A DNA stretch of 64,000 bases, taken from Eledone cirrhosa. Lineage: Eukaryota. Where the stretch lies: positions 323,702,001-323,766,000 of the forward strand of contig OZ024742.1 in NCBI GenBank assembly GCA_964016885.1. The letters are read 5' to 3'. Both the position numbers and the translations under genes were made by a program. Below the pieces are notes generated by a model that did not search any database, was not told the DNA's origin, and saw nothing but the letters and a program-made list of their open reading frames with translations. This document shows positions 34,201 to 50,000 of this stretch, one piece after another. The number at the start of each line of letters is the position of its first letter. Within the stretch, counting starts at the first letter, position 1.

Positions 34201-37200
34201 ACTATCGCCATTTACCACACACTACCTCCATCTACAACACACTACTGCCATCTACAACACACTATCGCCATCTACAACACACTACCACCATCTACAACAC
34301 ACTACCGCCATCTACAACACACTACCGCCATCTACAACACACTACCGCCATCTACAACACTCTACCGCCATATACAACACACTACCGCCATCTACAACAC
34401 ACTACCTCCATCTACAACACACTACTGCCATCTACAACACCCTACCGCCATCTACAACACACTACTGCCATCTACAACACACTTCGCCATCTACAACACA
34501 CTACCTCCATCTACAATACACTACTGCCATCTACAACACACTTCCGCCATCTACTACAGACTACCTCCATCTACAACACACTACTGCCATCTACAACACA
34601 CTACCGCCATCTACAATACACTACTGCCATCTACAACACACTTCCGCCATCTACTACACACTACCTCCATCTACAACACACTACTGCCATCTACAACACA
34701 CTACTGCCATCTACAACACACTACTGCCATCTACAACACAATTCCGCCATCTACCACATACTACCTCCATCTACAACACACTACTGCCATCTACAACACA
34801 CTACTGCCATCTTCAACACACTACTGCCATCTACAACACACTACCGCCATCTACAACACACTACTGCCATCTATAACACACTACTGCCATCTACAACACA
34901 CTACTGCCATCTACAACACACTACTGCCATCTATAACACACTACCGCCATCTACAACACACTACCGCCATCTACAACACACTACCGCCATCTACAACACA
35001 CTACTTCCATCTACAACACACTACTTCCATCTACAACACACTACATCCATCTACAACACACTACTGCCATCTACAACACACTATCGCCATCTACAACATA
35101 CTACTTCCATCTAGAACACACTACTTCCATCTACAACACTATCGCCATTTACCACACACTACCTCCATCTACAACACACTACTGCCATCTACAACACACT
35201 ATCGCCATCTACAACACACTACCACCATCTACAACACACTCCCGCCATCTACAACACACTACCGCCATCTACAACACACTACCGCCATCTACAACACTCT
35301 ACCGCCATATACAACACACTACCGCCATCTACAACACACTACCGCCATCTACAACACACTACTTCCATCTCCAACACACTACTTCCATCTCCAACACACT
35401 ACTTCCATCTACAACACACTACTGCCATCTACAACACACTATCGCCATCTAGAACACACTACTTCCATCTACAACACTATCGCCATCTACCACACACTAC
35501 CTCCATCTACAACACACTACTGTCATCTACAACACACTACCGCCATCTACAACAGACTACTGCTATCTACAACACACTACCACCATCTACAACACACTAC
35601 CGCCATCTACAACACACTACCGCCATCTACAACAGACTACCGCAATCTACAACACACTACTGCCATCTACAACACACTACCGCCATCTACCACACACTAC
35701 CTCCATCTACAACACACTACCTCCATCTACAACACACTACTGCCATCTACAACACACTATCGCCATCTACAACACACTACTGCCATCTACAACACTCTAC
35801 CTCCATCTACAACACATTACTTCCATCTACAAAACTCTACCTCCATCTACAACACACTACTTCCATCTACAACACACTTCCTCCATCTACAACACACTAC
35901 TTCCATCTACAACACACTACTTCTATATACAACACACTACTTCCATCTACAACACACTACTTCCATCTACAACACACTACTTCCATCTACAACACACCAC
36001 TTCCATCTACAACACACTATCGCCATCTACAACACACTACCGCCATCTACAACACACTATCGCTATCTACAACACACTACCGGCATCTACAACACACTAC
36101 CGCCATCTACAACACACTACTGCCATCTACAACACACTACTGCCATCTACAACACACTACTGCCATCTACAACACACTACTTTCATTTACAACACACTAT
36201 CGCCATCTACAAAACACTACTGCCATCTACAAAACACTACTGCCATTTAAAACACACTACCACCATCTACAACACACTACCACCATCTACAACACACTAC
36301 TGCCATCTACAACACGTTACCTCCATCTACAACACACTACTGCCATCTACACCACACTACCTCCATCTACAACACACTACCGCCGTCTAAAACACACTAC
36401 AGCCATCTACAACACACTACCGCCATCTACAACACACTACTGCCATCTACACCACACTACCTCCATCTACAACACACTACCGCCATCTACAACAGACTAC
36501 CGCCATCTACAACGCACTGCCGCCATCTATATCGCACTACCGCCATCTACAAAGCGCAACTGCCATCTACAACACACTACTGCCATCTACAACACACTAT
36601 CGCCATCTACCACACACTATCGCCATCTACAACACACTACCACCATCTACAACACACTACCGCCATCTACAACACACTACCGCCATCTACAACACACTAC
36701 CGCCATCTACAACACTCTACCGCCATATACAACACACTACCGCCATCTACAACACACTACCTCCATCTACAACACACTACTGCCATCTACAACACCCTAC
36801 CGCCATCTACAACACACTACTGCCATCTACAACACACTTCGCCATCTACAACACACTACCTCCATCTACAATACACTACTGCCATCTACAACACACTTCC
36901 GCCATCTACTACAGACTACCTCCATCTACAACACACTACTGCCATCTACAACACACTACCGCCATCTACAATACACTACTGCCATCTACAACACACTTCC
37001 GCCATCTACTACACACTACCTCCATCTACAACACACTACTGCCATCTACAACACACTACTGCCATCTACAACACACTACTGCCATCTACAACACAATTCC
37101 GCCATCTACCACATACTACCTCCATCTACAACACACTACTGCCATCTACAACACACTACTGCCATCTTCAACACACTACTGCCATCTACAACACACTACC

Positions 37201-40200
37201 GCCATCTACAACACACTACTGCCATCTATAACACACTACTGCCATCTACAACACACTACTGCCATCTACAACACACTACTGCCATCTATAACACACTACC
37301 GCCATCTACAACACACTACCGCCATCTACAACACACTACCGCCATCTACAACACACTACTTCCATCTACAACACACTACTTCCATCTACAACACACTACA
37401 TCCATCTACAACACACTACTGCCATCTACAACACACTATCGCCATCTACAACATACTACTTCCATCTAGAACACACTACTTCCATCTACAACACTATCGC
37501 CATTTACCACACACTACCTCCATCTACAACACACTACTGCCATCTACAACACACTATCGCCATCTACAACACACTACCACCATCTACAACACACTCCCGC
37601 CATCTACAACACACTACCGCCATCTACAACACACTACCGCCATCTACAACACTCTACCGCCATATACAACACACTACCGCCATCTACAACACACTACCGC
37701 CATCTACAACACACTACTTCCATCTCCAACACACTACTTCCATCTCCAACACACTACTTCCATCTACAACACACTACTGCCATCTACAACACACTATCGC
37801 CATCTAGAACACACTACTTCCATCTACAACACTATCGCCATCTACCACACACTACCTCCATCTACAACACACTACTGTCATCTACAACACACTACCGCCA
37901 TCTACAACAGACTACTGCTATCTACAACACACTACCACCATCTACAACACACTACCGCCATCTACAACACACTACCGCCATCTACAACAGACTACCGCAA
38001 TCTACAACACACTACTGCCATCTACAACACACTACCGCCATCTACCACACACTACCTCCATCTACAACACACTACCTCCATCTACAACACACTACTGCCA
38101 TCTACAACACACTATCGCCATCTACAACACACTACTGCCATCTACAACACTCTACCTCCATCTACAACACATTACTTCCATCTACAAAACTCTACCTCCA
38201 TCTACAACACACTACTTCCATCTACAACACACTTCCTCCATCTACAACACACTACTTCCATCTACAACACACTACTTCTATATACAACACACTACTTCCA
38301 TCTACAACACACTACTTCCATCTACAACACACTACTTCCATCTACAACACACCACTTCCATCTACAACACACTATCGCCATCTACAACACACTACCGCCA
38401 TCTACAACACACTATCGCTATCTACAACACACTACCGGCATCTACAACACACTACCGCCATCTACAACACACTACTGCCATCTACAACACACTACTGCCA
38501 TCTACAACACACTACTGCCATCTACAACACACTACTTTCATTTACAACACACTATCGCCATCTACAAAACACTACTGCCATCTACAAAACACTACTGCCA
38601 TTTAAAACACACTACCACCATCTACAACACACTACCACCATCTACAACACACTACTGCCATCTACAACACGTTACCTCCATCTACAACACACTACTGCCA
38701 TCTACACCACACTACCTCCATCTACAACACACTACCGCCGTCTAAAACACACTACAGCCATCTACAACACACTACCGCCATCTACAACACACTACTGCCA
38801 TCTACACCACACTACCTCCATCTACAACACACTACCGCCATCTACAACAGACTACCGCCATCTACAACGCACTGCCGCCATCTATATCGCACTACCGCCA
38901 TCTACAAAGCGCAACTGCCATCTACAACACACTACTGCCATCTACAACACACTATCGCCATCTACCACACACTATCGCCATCTACAACACACTACTGCCA
39001 TCTACAACACACTACTTCCATCTACAACACACTACTTCCATCTACAACACACTACTGCCATCTACAACACATTACCTCCATCTACAACACACTACTGCCA
39101 TCTACACCACACTACCTCCATCTACAACACACTACCGCCATCTAAAACACACTACAGCCATCTACAACACACTAACGCCATCTACAACACACTACTGCCA
39201 TCTACAACGCACTGCCGCCATCTACATCGCACTACCGCCATCTACAAAGCGCTACTGCCATCTACAACACACTATCGCCATCTACAACACACTATCGCCA
39301 TCTACAACACACTACTGCCATCTACAACACACTACTGCCATCTACAACACACTACTTTCATTTACAAAAGACTATCGCCATCTACAAAACACTACTGCCA
39401 TCTACAACACACTACCTCCATCTACAACAAACTACTTCCATCTACAACACACTACCGCCGTCTACAACGCACTCCAGCCATCTACAACGCAGTATCGGCA
39501 TCCACAACACACTACCACCATCTACAACACACTACCGCCATCTACAACACACTACTGCCATCTACAACACACTACTGCCATCTACAACACACTACCGCCA
39601 TCTACCACACACTATCTCCATCTACAACACACTACCTCCATCTACAACACACTACTGCCATCTACAACACACTACTTCCATCTACAACACACTACCGCCC
39701 TATACAACACACTACTGCCATCTACAACACACTACTGCCATCTACAACACACTACTGCCATCTACAACACAGTACTTTCATTTACAACACACTATCGCCA
39801 TCTACAAAACACTATTGCCGTCTACAAAACACTACCGCACTATACAACACACTACTGCCATCTACAACACACTACTGCCATCTACCACACACTATCTCCA
39901 TCTACAACACACTACTGCCATCTACAACACACTACTTCCATCTACAACACACTACCGCACTATACAACACACTACTGCCATCTACAACACACTACTGCCA
40001 TCTACAACACACTACTGCCATCTACAACACACTACTGCCATCTACAACACACTACTTTCATTTACAACACACTATCGCCATCTACAAAACACTTCTTCCA
40101 TCTACAACACACTACCGCACTATACAACACACTACTGCCATCTACAACACACTACTGCCATCTACAACACACTACTGCCATCTACAACACACTACTGCCA

Positions 40201-43200
40201 TCTACAACACACTACTGCCATCTACAACACACTACTTTCATTTACAACACACTACCTCCATCTACAACACACTACTGCCATCTACAACACACTACTGCCA
40301 TCTACAACACACTACTGCCATCTAAAACACAATACCACCATCTACAACATACTACCTCCATCTACAACACACTACTCCCATCTACAACACACTACTGCCG
40401 TCTACAACGCACTCCCGCCATCTACAATACACTATCGCCATCTACAACACACTACCGTTATCTACAACACACTACTTCCATCTACAACACACTTCCGCCA
40501 TCTACTACACACTACCTCCATCTACAACACACTACTGCCATCTACAACACCCTACCGCCATCTACAACACACTACTGCCATCTACAACACACTTCGCCAT
40601 CTACAACACACTACCTCCATCTACAATACACTACTGCCATCTACAACACACTTCCGCCATCTACTACACACTACCTCCATCTACAACACACTACTGCCAT
40701 CTACAACACACTACCGCCATCTACAATACACTACTGCCATCTACAACACACTTCCGCCATCTACTACACACTACCTCCATCTACAACACACTACTGCCAT
40801 CTACAACACACTACTGCCATCTACAACACACTACTGCCATCTACAACACAATTCCGCCATCTACCACATACTACCTCCATCTACAACACACTACTGCCAT
40901 CTACAACACACTACTGCCATCTTCAACACACTACTGCCATCTACAACACACTACCGCCATCTACAACACACTACTGCCATCTATAACACACTACTGCCAT
41001 CTACAACACACTACTGCCATCTACAACACACTACTGCCATCTACAACACACTACTGCCATCTACAACAGACTACCGCCATCTACAACACACTAATGCCAT
41101 CTACAAAGCACTACTGCCATCTACAACACACTATCGCCATCTACAACACACTACCGCCATCTATAACACACTACCGCCATCTACAACACACTACCGCCAT
41201 CTACAACACACTACCACCATCTACAACACACTACTTCCATCTACAACACACTACTTCCATCTACAACACACTACATCCATCTACAACACACTACTGCCAT
41301 CTACAACACACTATCGCCATCTACAACATACTACTTCCATCTAGAACACACTACTTCCATCTACAACACTATCGCCATTTACCACACACTACCTCCATCT
41401 ACAACACACTACTGCCATCTACAACACACTATCGCCATCTACAACACACTACCACCATCTACAACACACTACCGCCATCTACAACACACTACCGCCATCT
41501 ACAACACATTACCGCCATCTACAACACTCTACCGCCATATACAACACACTACCGCCATCTACAACACACTACCTCCATCTACAACACACTACTGCCATCT
41601 ACAACACCCTACCGCCATCTACAACACACTACTGCCATCTACAACACACTTCGCCATCTACAACACACTACCTCCATCTACAATACACTACTGCCATCTA
41701 CAACACACTTCCGCCATCTACTACAGACTACCTCCATCTACAACACACTACTGCCATCTACAACACACTACCGCCATCTACAATACACTACTGCCATCTA
41801 CAACACACTTCCGCCATCTACAACACACTACCTCCATCTACAACACACTACTGCCATCTACAACACACTACTGCCATCTACAACACACTACTGCCATCTA
41901 CAACACAATTCCGCCATCTACCACATACTACCTCCATCTACAACACACTACTGCCATCTACAACACACTACTGCCATCTTCAACACACTACTGCCATCTA
42001 CAACACACTACCGCCATCTACAACACACTACTGCCATCTATAACACACTACTGCCATCTACAACACACTACTGCCATCTACAACACACTACTGCCATCTA
42101 TAACACACTACCGCCATCTACAACACACTACCGCCATCTACAACACACTACCGCCATCTACAACACACTACTTCCATCTACAACACACTACTTCCATCTA
42201 CAACACACTACATCCATCTACAACACACTACTGCCATCTACAACACACTATCGCCATCTACAACATACTACTTCCATCTAGAACACACTACTTCCATCTA
42301 CAACACTATCGCCATTTACCACACACTACCTCCATCTACAACACACTACTGCCATCTACAACACACTATCGCCATCTACAACACACTACCACCATCTACA
42401 ACACACTCCCGCCATCTACAACACACTACCGCCATCTACAACACACTACCGCCATCTACAACACTCTACCGCCATATACAACACACTACCGCCATCTACA
42501 ACACACTACCGCCATCTACAACACACTACTTCCATCTCCAACACACTACTTCCATCTCCAACACACTACTTCCATCTACAACACACTACTGCCATCTACA
42601 ACACACTATCGCCATCTAGAACACACTACTTCCATCTACAACACTATCGCCATCTACCACACACTACCTCCATCTACAACACACTACTGTCATCTACAAC
42701 ACACTACCGCCATCTACAACAGACTACTGCTATCTACAACACACTACCACCATCTACAACACACTACCGCCATCTACAACACACTACCGCCATCTACAAC
42801 AGACTACCGCAATCTACAACACACTACTGCCATCTACAACACACTACCGCCATCTACCACACACTACCTCCATCTACAACACACTACCTCCATCTACAAC
42901 ACACTACTGCCATCTACAACACACTATCGCCATCTACAACACACTACTGCCATCTACAACACTCTACCTCCATCTACAACACATTACTTCCATCTACAAA
43001 ACTCTACCTCCATCTACAACACACTACTTCCATCTACAACACACTTCCTCCATCTACAACACACTACTTCCATCTACAACACACTACTTCTATATACAAC
43101 ACACTACTTCCATCTACAACACACTACTTCCATCTACAACACACTACTTCCATCTACAACACACCACTTCCATCTACAACACACTATCGCCATCTACAAC

Positions 43201-43299
43201 ACACTACCGCCATTTACAACACACTATCGCTATCTACAACACACTACCGGCATCTACAACACACTACCGCCATCTACAACACACTACTGCCATCTACAA
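31281..43299. repeat. Duplicated ~4.8-kb higher-order unit (about 31281-36130 / 38470-43299, offset 7187 then 7167 bp) separated by an extra 2355-bp partial copy
   Basis: Indel monomers pair at exactly 7167 bp: 33421/40588, 34200/41367, 34478/41645, 35137/42304 and 35475/42642. ORFs 33927..35114 and 41094..42281 are near-identical. Confidence 0.9.
34258..38967. repeat. Tandem duplication of a 2355-bp block (34258-36612 / 36613-38967)
   Basis: Indel monomers at 34478/36833, 35137/37492 and 35475/37830, plus rare variants CCGCAATC and CTGTCATC, recur at a 2355-bp offset. Confidence 0.9.
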
Positions 43300-46200
43300 C
43301 ACACTACCGCCATCTACAACACACTACAGCCATCTATAACACACTACTGCCATCTACAACACACTACTGCCATCTACAACACACTACTGCCATCTACAAC
43401 ACACTACCTCCATCTACAACACACTACTGCCATCTATAACACACTACTACCGTCTACAACACACTACCATCTACAACACACTACCTTCATCTACAACACA
43501 CTACCACCATCTACAACACACTACCACCATCTACAACACACTACTGCCATCTACAACACACTACTGCCATCTACAACACACTATCGCCATCTACCACACA
43601 CTATCTCCATCTACAACATACTACCTCCATCTACAACACACTACTGCCATCTACAACACACTACTTCCATCTACAACACACTACCGCACTATACAACACA
43701 CTACTGCCATCTACAACACACTACTGCCATCTACAACACACTACTTTCATTTACAACACACTATCGCCATCTACAAAACACTACTGCCATCTACAAAACA
43801 CTACTGCCATTTAAAACACACTACCACCATCTACAACACACTACCACCATCTACAACACACTACTGCCATCTACAACACGTTACCTCCATCTACAACACA
43901 CTACTGCCATCTACACCACACTACCTCCATCTACAACACACTACCGCCGTCTAAAACACACTACAGCCATCTACAACACACTACCGCCATCTACAACACA
44001 CTACTGCCATCTACACCACTCTACCTCCATGTACAACACACTACCGCCATCTACAACAGACTACCGCCATCTACAACGCACTGCCGCCATCTATATCGCA
44101 CTACCGCCATCTACAAAGCGCAACTGCCATCTACAACACACTACTGCCATCTACAACACACTATCGCCATCTACCACACACTATCGCCATCTACAACACA
44201 CTACTGCCATCTACAACACACTACTTCCATCTACAACACACTACTTCCATCTACAACACACTACTGCCATCTACAACACATTACCTCCATCTACAACACA
44301 CTACTGCCATCTACACCACACTACCTCCATCTACAACACACTACTGCCATCTAAAACACACTACAGCCATCTACAACACACTAACGCCATCTACAACACA
44401 CTACTGCCATCTACAACGCACTGCCGCCATCTACATCGCACTACCGCCATCTACAAAGCGCTACTGCCATCTACAACACACTATCGCCATCTACAACACA
44501 CTATCGCCACCTACAACACACTACTGCCATCTACAACACACTACTGCCATCTACAACACACTACTTTCATTTACAAAAGACTATCGCCATCTACAAAACA
44601 CTACTGCCATCTACAACACACTACCTCCATCTACAACAAACTACTTCCATCTACAACACACTACCGCCGTCTACAACGCACTCCAGCCATCTACAACGCA
44701 GTATCGGCATCCACAACACACTACCACCATCTACAACACACTACCGCCATCTACAACACACTACTGCCATCTACAACACACTACTGCCATCTACAACACA
44801 CTACCGCCATCTACCACACACTATCTCCATCTACAACACACTACCTCCATCTACAACACACTACCTCCATCTACAACACACTACTGCCATCTACAACACA
44901 CTACTTCCATCTACAACACACTACCGCCCTATACAACACACTACTGCCATCTACAACACACTACTGCCATCTACAACACACTACTGCCATCTACAACACA
45001 GTACTTTCATTTACAACACACTATCGCCATCTACAAAACACTATTGCCGTCTACAAAACACTACCGCACTATACAACACACTACTGCCATCTACAACACA
45101 CTACCGCCATCTGCCACACACTATCTCCATCTACAACACACTACCTCCATCTACAACACACTACTGCCATCTACAACACACTACTTCCATCTACAACACA
45201 CTACCGCACTATACAACACACTACTGCCATCTACAACACACTACTGCCATCTACAACACACTACTGCCATCTACAACACACTACTGCCATCTACAACACA
45301 CTACTGCCATCTACAACACACTACTTTCATTTACAACACACTACCTCCATCTACAACACACTACTGCCATCTACAACACACTACTGCCATCTACAACACA
45401 CTACTGCCATCGAAAACACAATACCACCATCTACAACATACTACCTCCATCTACAACACACTACTCCCATCTACAACACACTACCGCCGTCTACAACGCA
45501 CTCCCGCCATCTACAATGCACTACCGCCATCCACAACACACTACCGCCATCTACAATACACTATCGCCATCTACAACACACTACCGCTATCTACAACACA
45601 CTACTTCCATCTACAACACACTTCCGCCATCTACTACACACTACCTCCATCTACAACACACTACTGCCATCTACAACACACTACCGCCATCTACAACACA
45701 CTACTGCCATCTACAACACACTTCGCCATCTACAACACACTACCTCCATCTACAATACACTACTGCCATCTACAACACACTTCCGCCATCTACTACACAC
45801 TACCTCCATCTACAACACACTACTGCCATCTACAACACACTACCGCCATCTACAATACACTACTGCCATCTACAACACACTCCAGCCATCTACAACGCAG
45901 TATCGGCATCCACAACACACTACCACCATCTACAACACACTACCGCCATCTACAACACACTACTGCCATCTACAACACACTACTGCCATCTACAACACAC
46001 TACCGCCATCTACCACACACTATCTCCATCTACAACACACTACCTCCATCTACAACACACTACCTCCATCTACAACACACTACTGCCATCTACAACACAC
46101 TACTTCCATCTACAACACACTACCGCCCTATACAACACACTACCGCCATCTACAACACACTACTTCCATCTACAACACACTACTTCCATCTACAACACAC

Positions 46201-47014
46201 TACTTCCATCTACAATACACTACTGCCATCTACAACACATTACCGCCATCTATAACACACTACTGCCATCTACACCACACTACCTCCATCTACAACACAC
46301 TACCGCCATCTAAAACACACTACCGCCATCTAAAACACACTACCGCCATCTACAACGCACTGCCGCCATCTACATCGACCTACCGCCATCTACAACACAC
46401 TTCGCCATCTACAACACACTACCTCCATCTACAATACACTACTGCCATCTACAACACACTTCCGCCATCTACCATGCACTACCTCCATCTACAACACACT
46501 ACTGCCATCTACAACACACAACCGCCATCTACAAAACACTACTGCCATCTACAAAACACTACTGCCATCTACAACACAATACCACCATCTACAACATACT
46601 ACCTCCATCTACAACATACTACCTCCATCTACAACACACTACTTCCATCTACAACACACTACTGCCGTCTACAACGCACTCCCGCCATCTACAACACACT
46701 ACCACCATCCACAACGCACTACTGCCATCTTCAACACACTACCGCCATCTTCAACACACTACTGCCATCTACAACACACTACTGCCATCTACAAAGTACT
46801 ACTGCCATCTACAACACACTACCGCCATCTACAACACACTACCGCCATCTACAACACACTATCGCCATCTACAACACACTACCGCCATCTACAACACACT
46901 ACCGCCATCTACAACACACTACCGCCATCTACAACACACTACCGCCATCTACAACACACTACCGCCATCTACAACACACTACCGCCATCTACAACACACT
47001 ACCGCCATCTACAA

Positions 47015-50000
47015 CACACTACTTCCATCTACAACACACTACTGCCATCTACAACACATTACCTCCATCTACAACACACTACGGCCATCTACACCACACT
47101 ACCTCCATCTACAACACACTACCGCCATCTACAACACACTACCGCCATCTACAACGCACTACCGCCATCTACATCGCACTACCGCCATCTACAAAGCGCT
47201 ACTGCCATCTACAACACACTACTGCCATCTACAACACACTACCACCATCTACAACACAGTACCTCCATCTACAACACACTACTTCCATCTACAACACACT
47301 ACTTCCATCTACAACACACTACTGCCGTCTACAACGCACTCCCGCCATCCACAACGCACTACCGGCATCCACAACACACTACCACCATCTACAACACACT
47401 ACCGCCATCTACAACACGCTACTTCCATCTACAACACACTACTTCCATCTACAACACACTACTTCCATCTACAACACACTACTGCCATCTACAACACGTT
47501 ACCTCCATCTACAACACACTACTGCCATCTACACCACACTACCTCCATCTACAACACACTACCGCCGTCTAAAACACACTACAGCCATCTACAACACACT
47601 ACCGCCATCTACAACACACTACTGCCATCTACACCACACTACCTCCATCTACAACACACTACCGCCATCTACAACACACTACCGCCATCTACAACGCACT
47701 GCCGCCATCTATATCGCACTACCGCCATCTACAAAGCGCAACTGCCATCTACAACACACTACTGCCATCTACAACACACTATCGCCATCTACCACACACT
47801 ATCGCCATCTACAACACACTACTGCCATCTACAACACACTACTTCCATCTACAACACACTACTTCCATCTACAACACACTACTGCCATCTACAACACATT
47901 ACCTCCATCTACAACACACTGCTGCCATCTACACCACACTACCTCCATCTACAACACACTACCGCCATCTAAAACACACTACAGCCATCTACAACACACT
48001 ACCGCCATCTACAACACACTACTGCCATCTACAACGCACTGCCGCCATCTACATCGCACTACCGCCATCTACAAAGCGCTACTGCCATCTACAACACACT
48101 ATCGCCATCTACAACACACTATCGCCATCTACAACACACTACTGCCATCTACAACACACTACTGCCATCTACAACACACTACTTTCATTTACAAAAGACT
48201 ATCGCCATCTACAAAACACTACTGCCATCTACAACACACTACCTCCATCTACAACACACTACTTCCATCTACAACACACTACCGCCGTCTACAACGCACT
48301 CCAGCCATCTACAACGCAGTACCGGCATCCACAACACACTACTGCCATCTACACCACACTACCGCCATCTACAACACACTACTTCCATCTACAACACACT
48401 ACTTCCATCTACAACACACTACTTCCATCTACAATACACTACTGCCATCTACAACACATTACCTCCATTTATAACACACTACTGCCATCTACACCACACT
48501 ACCTCCATCTACAACACACTACCGCCATCTAAAACACACTACAGCTATCTACAACACACTACCACCATCTACAACGCACTGCCGCCATCTACATCGACCT
48601 ACCGCCATCTACAACACACTACTGCCATCTACACCACACTACCTCCATCTACAACACACTACCGCCATCTACAACACACTACCGCCATCTACAACGCACT
48701 ACCGCCATCTACATCGCACTACCGCCATCTACAAAGCGCTACTGCCATCTACAACACACTACTGCCATCTACAACACACTACCACCATCTACAACACACT
48801 ACCTCCATCTACAACACACTACTTCCATCTACAACACACTACTTCCATCTACAACACACTACTTCTATCTACAACACACTACTGCCGTCTACAACGCACT
48901 CCCGCCATCCACAACGCACTACCGGCATCCACAACACACTACCACCATCTACAACACACTACCGCCATCTACAACACGCTACTTCTATCTACAACACACT
49001 ACTTCCATCTACAACACACTACTTCCATCTACAACACACTACTGCCATCTACAACACGTTACCTCCATCTACACCACACTACCTCCATCTACAACACACT
49101 ACCGCCGTCTAAAACACACTACAGCCATCTACAACACACTACCGCCATCTACAACACACTACCGCCATCTACAACACACTACCGCCATCTACAACACACT
49201 ACTGCCATCTACAACACACTACCGCCATCTATATCGCACTACCGCCATCTACAAAGCGCAACTGCCATCTACAACACACTACTGCCATCTACAACACACT
49301 ACTTCCATCTACAACACACTACTTCCATCTACAACACACTACTGCCATCTACAACACATTACCTCCATCTACAACACACTACTGCCATCTACAACACACT
49401 ACCTCCATCTACAACACACTACCGCCATCTAAAACACACTACAGCCATCTACAACACACTACCGCCATCTACAACACACTACTGCCATCTACAACGCACT
49501 GCCGCCATCTACATCGCACTACCGCCATCTACAAAGCGCTACTGCCATCTACAACACACTATCGCCACCTACAACACACTATCGCCATCTACAACACACT
49601 ACTGCCATCTACAAAACACTACTGCCATCTACAACACACTACTTTCATTTACAAAAGACTATCGCCATCTACAAAACACTACTGCCATCTACAACACACT
49701 ACCTCCATCTACAACACACTACTTCCATCTACAACACACTACCGCCGTCTACAACGCACTCCAGCCATCTACAACGCAGTACCGGCATCCACAACCCAGT
49801 ACCACCATCTACAACACACTACCGCCATCTACAACACACTACTTCCATCTACAACACACTACTTCCATCTACAACACACTACTTCCATCTACAACACACT
49901 ACTGCCATCTACAACACATTACCTCCATCTATAACACACTACTGCCATCTACAACACACTACCGCCATCTAAAACACACTACAGCCATCTACAACACACT

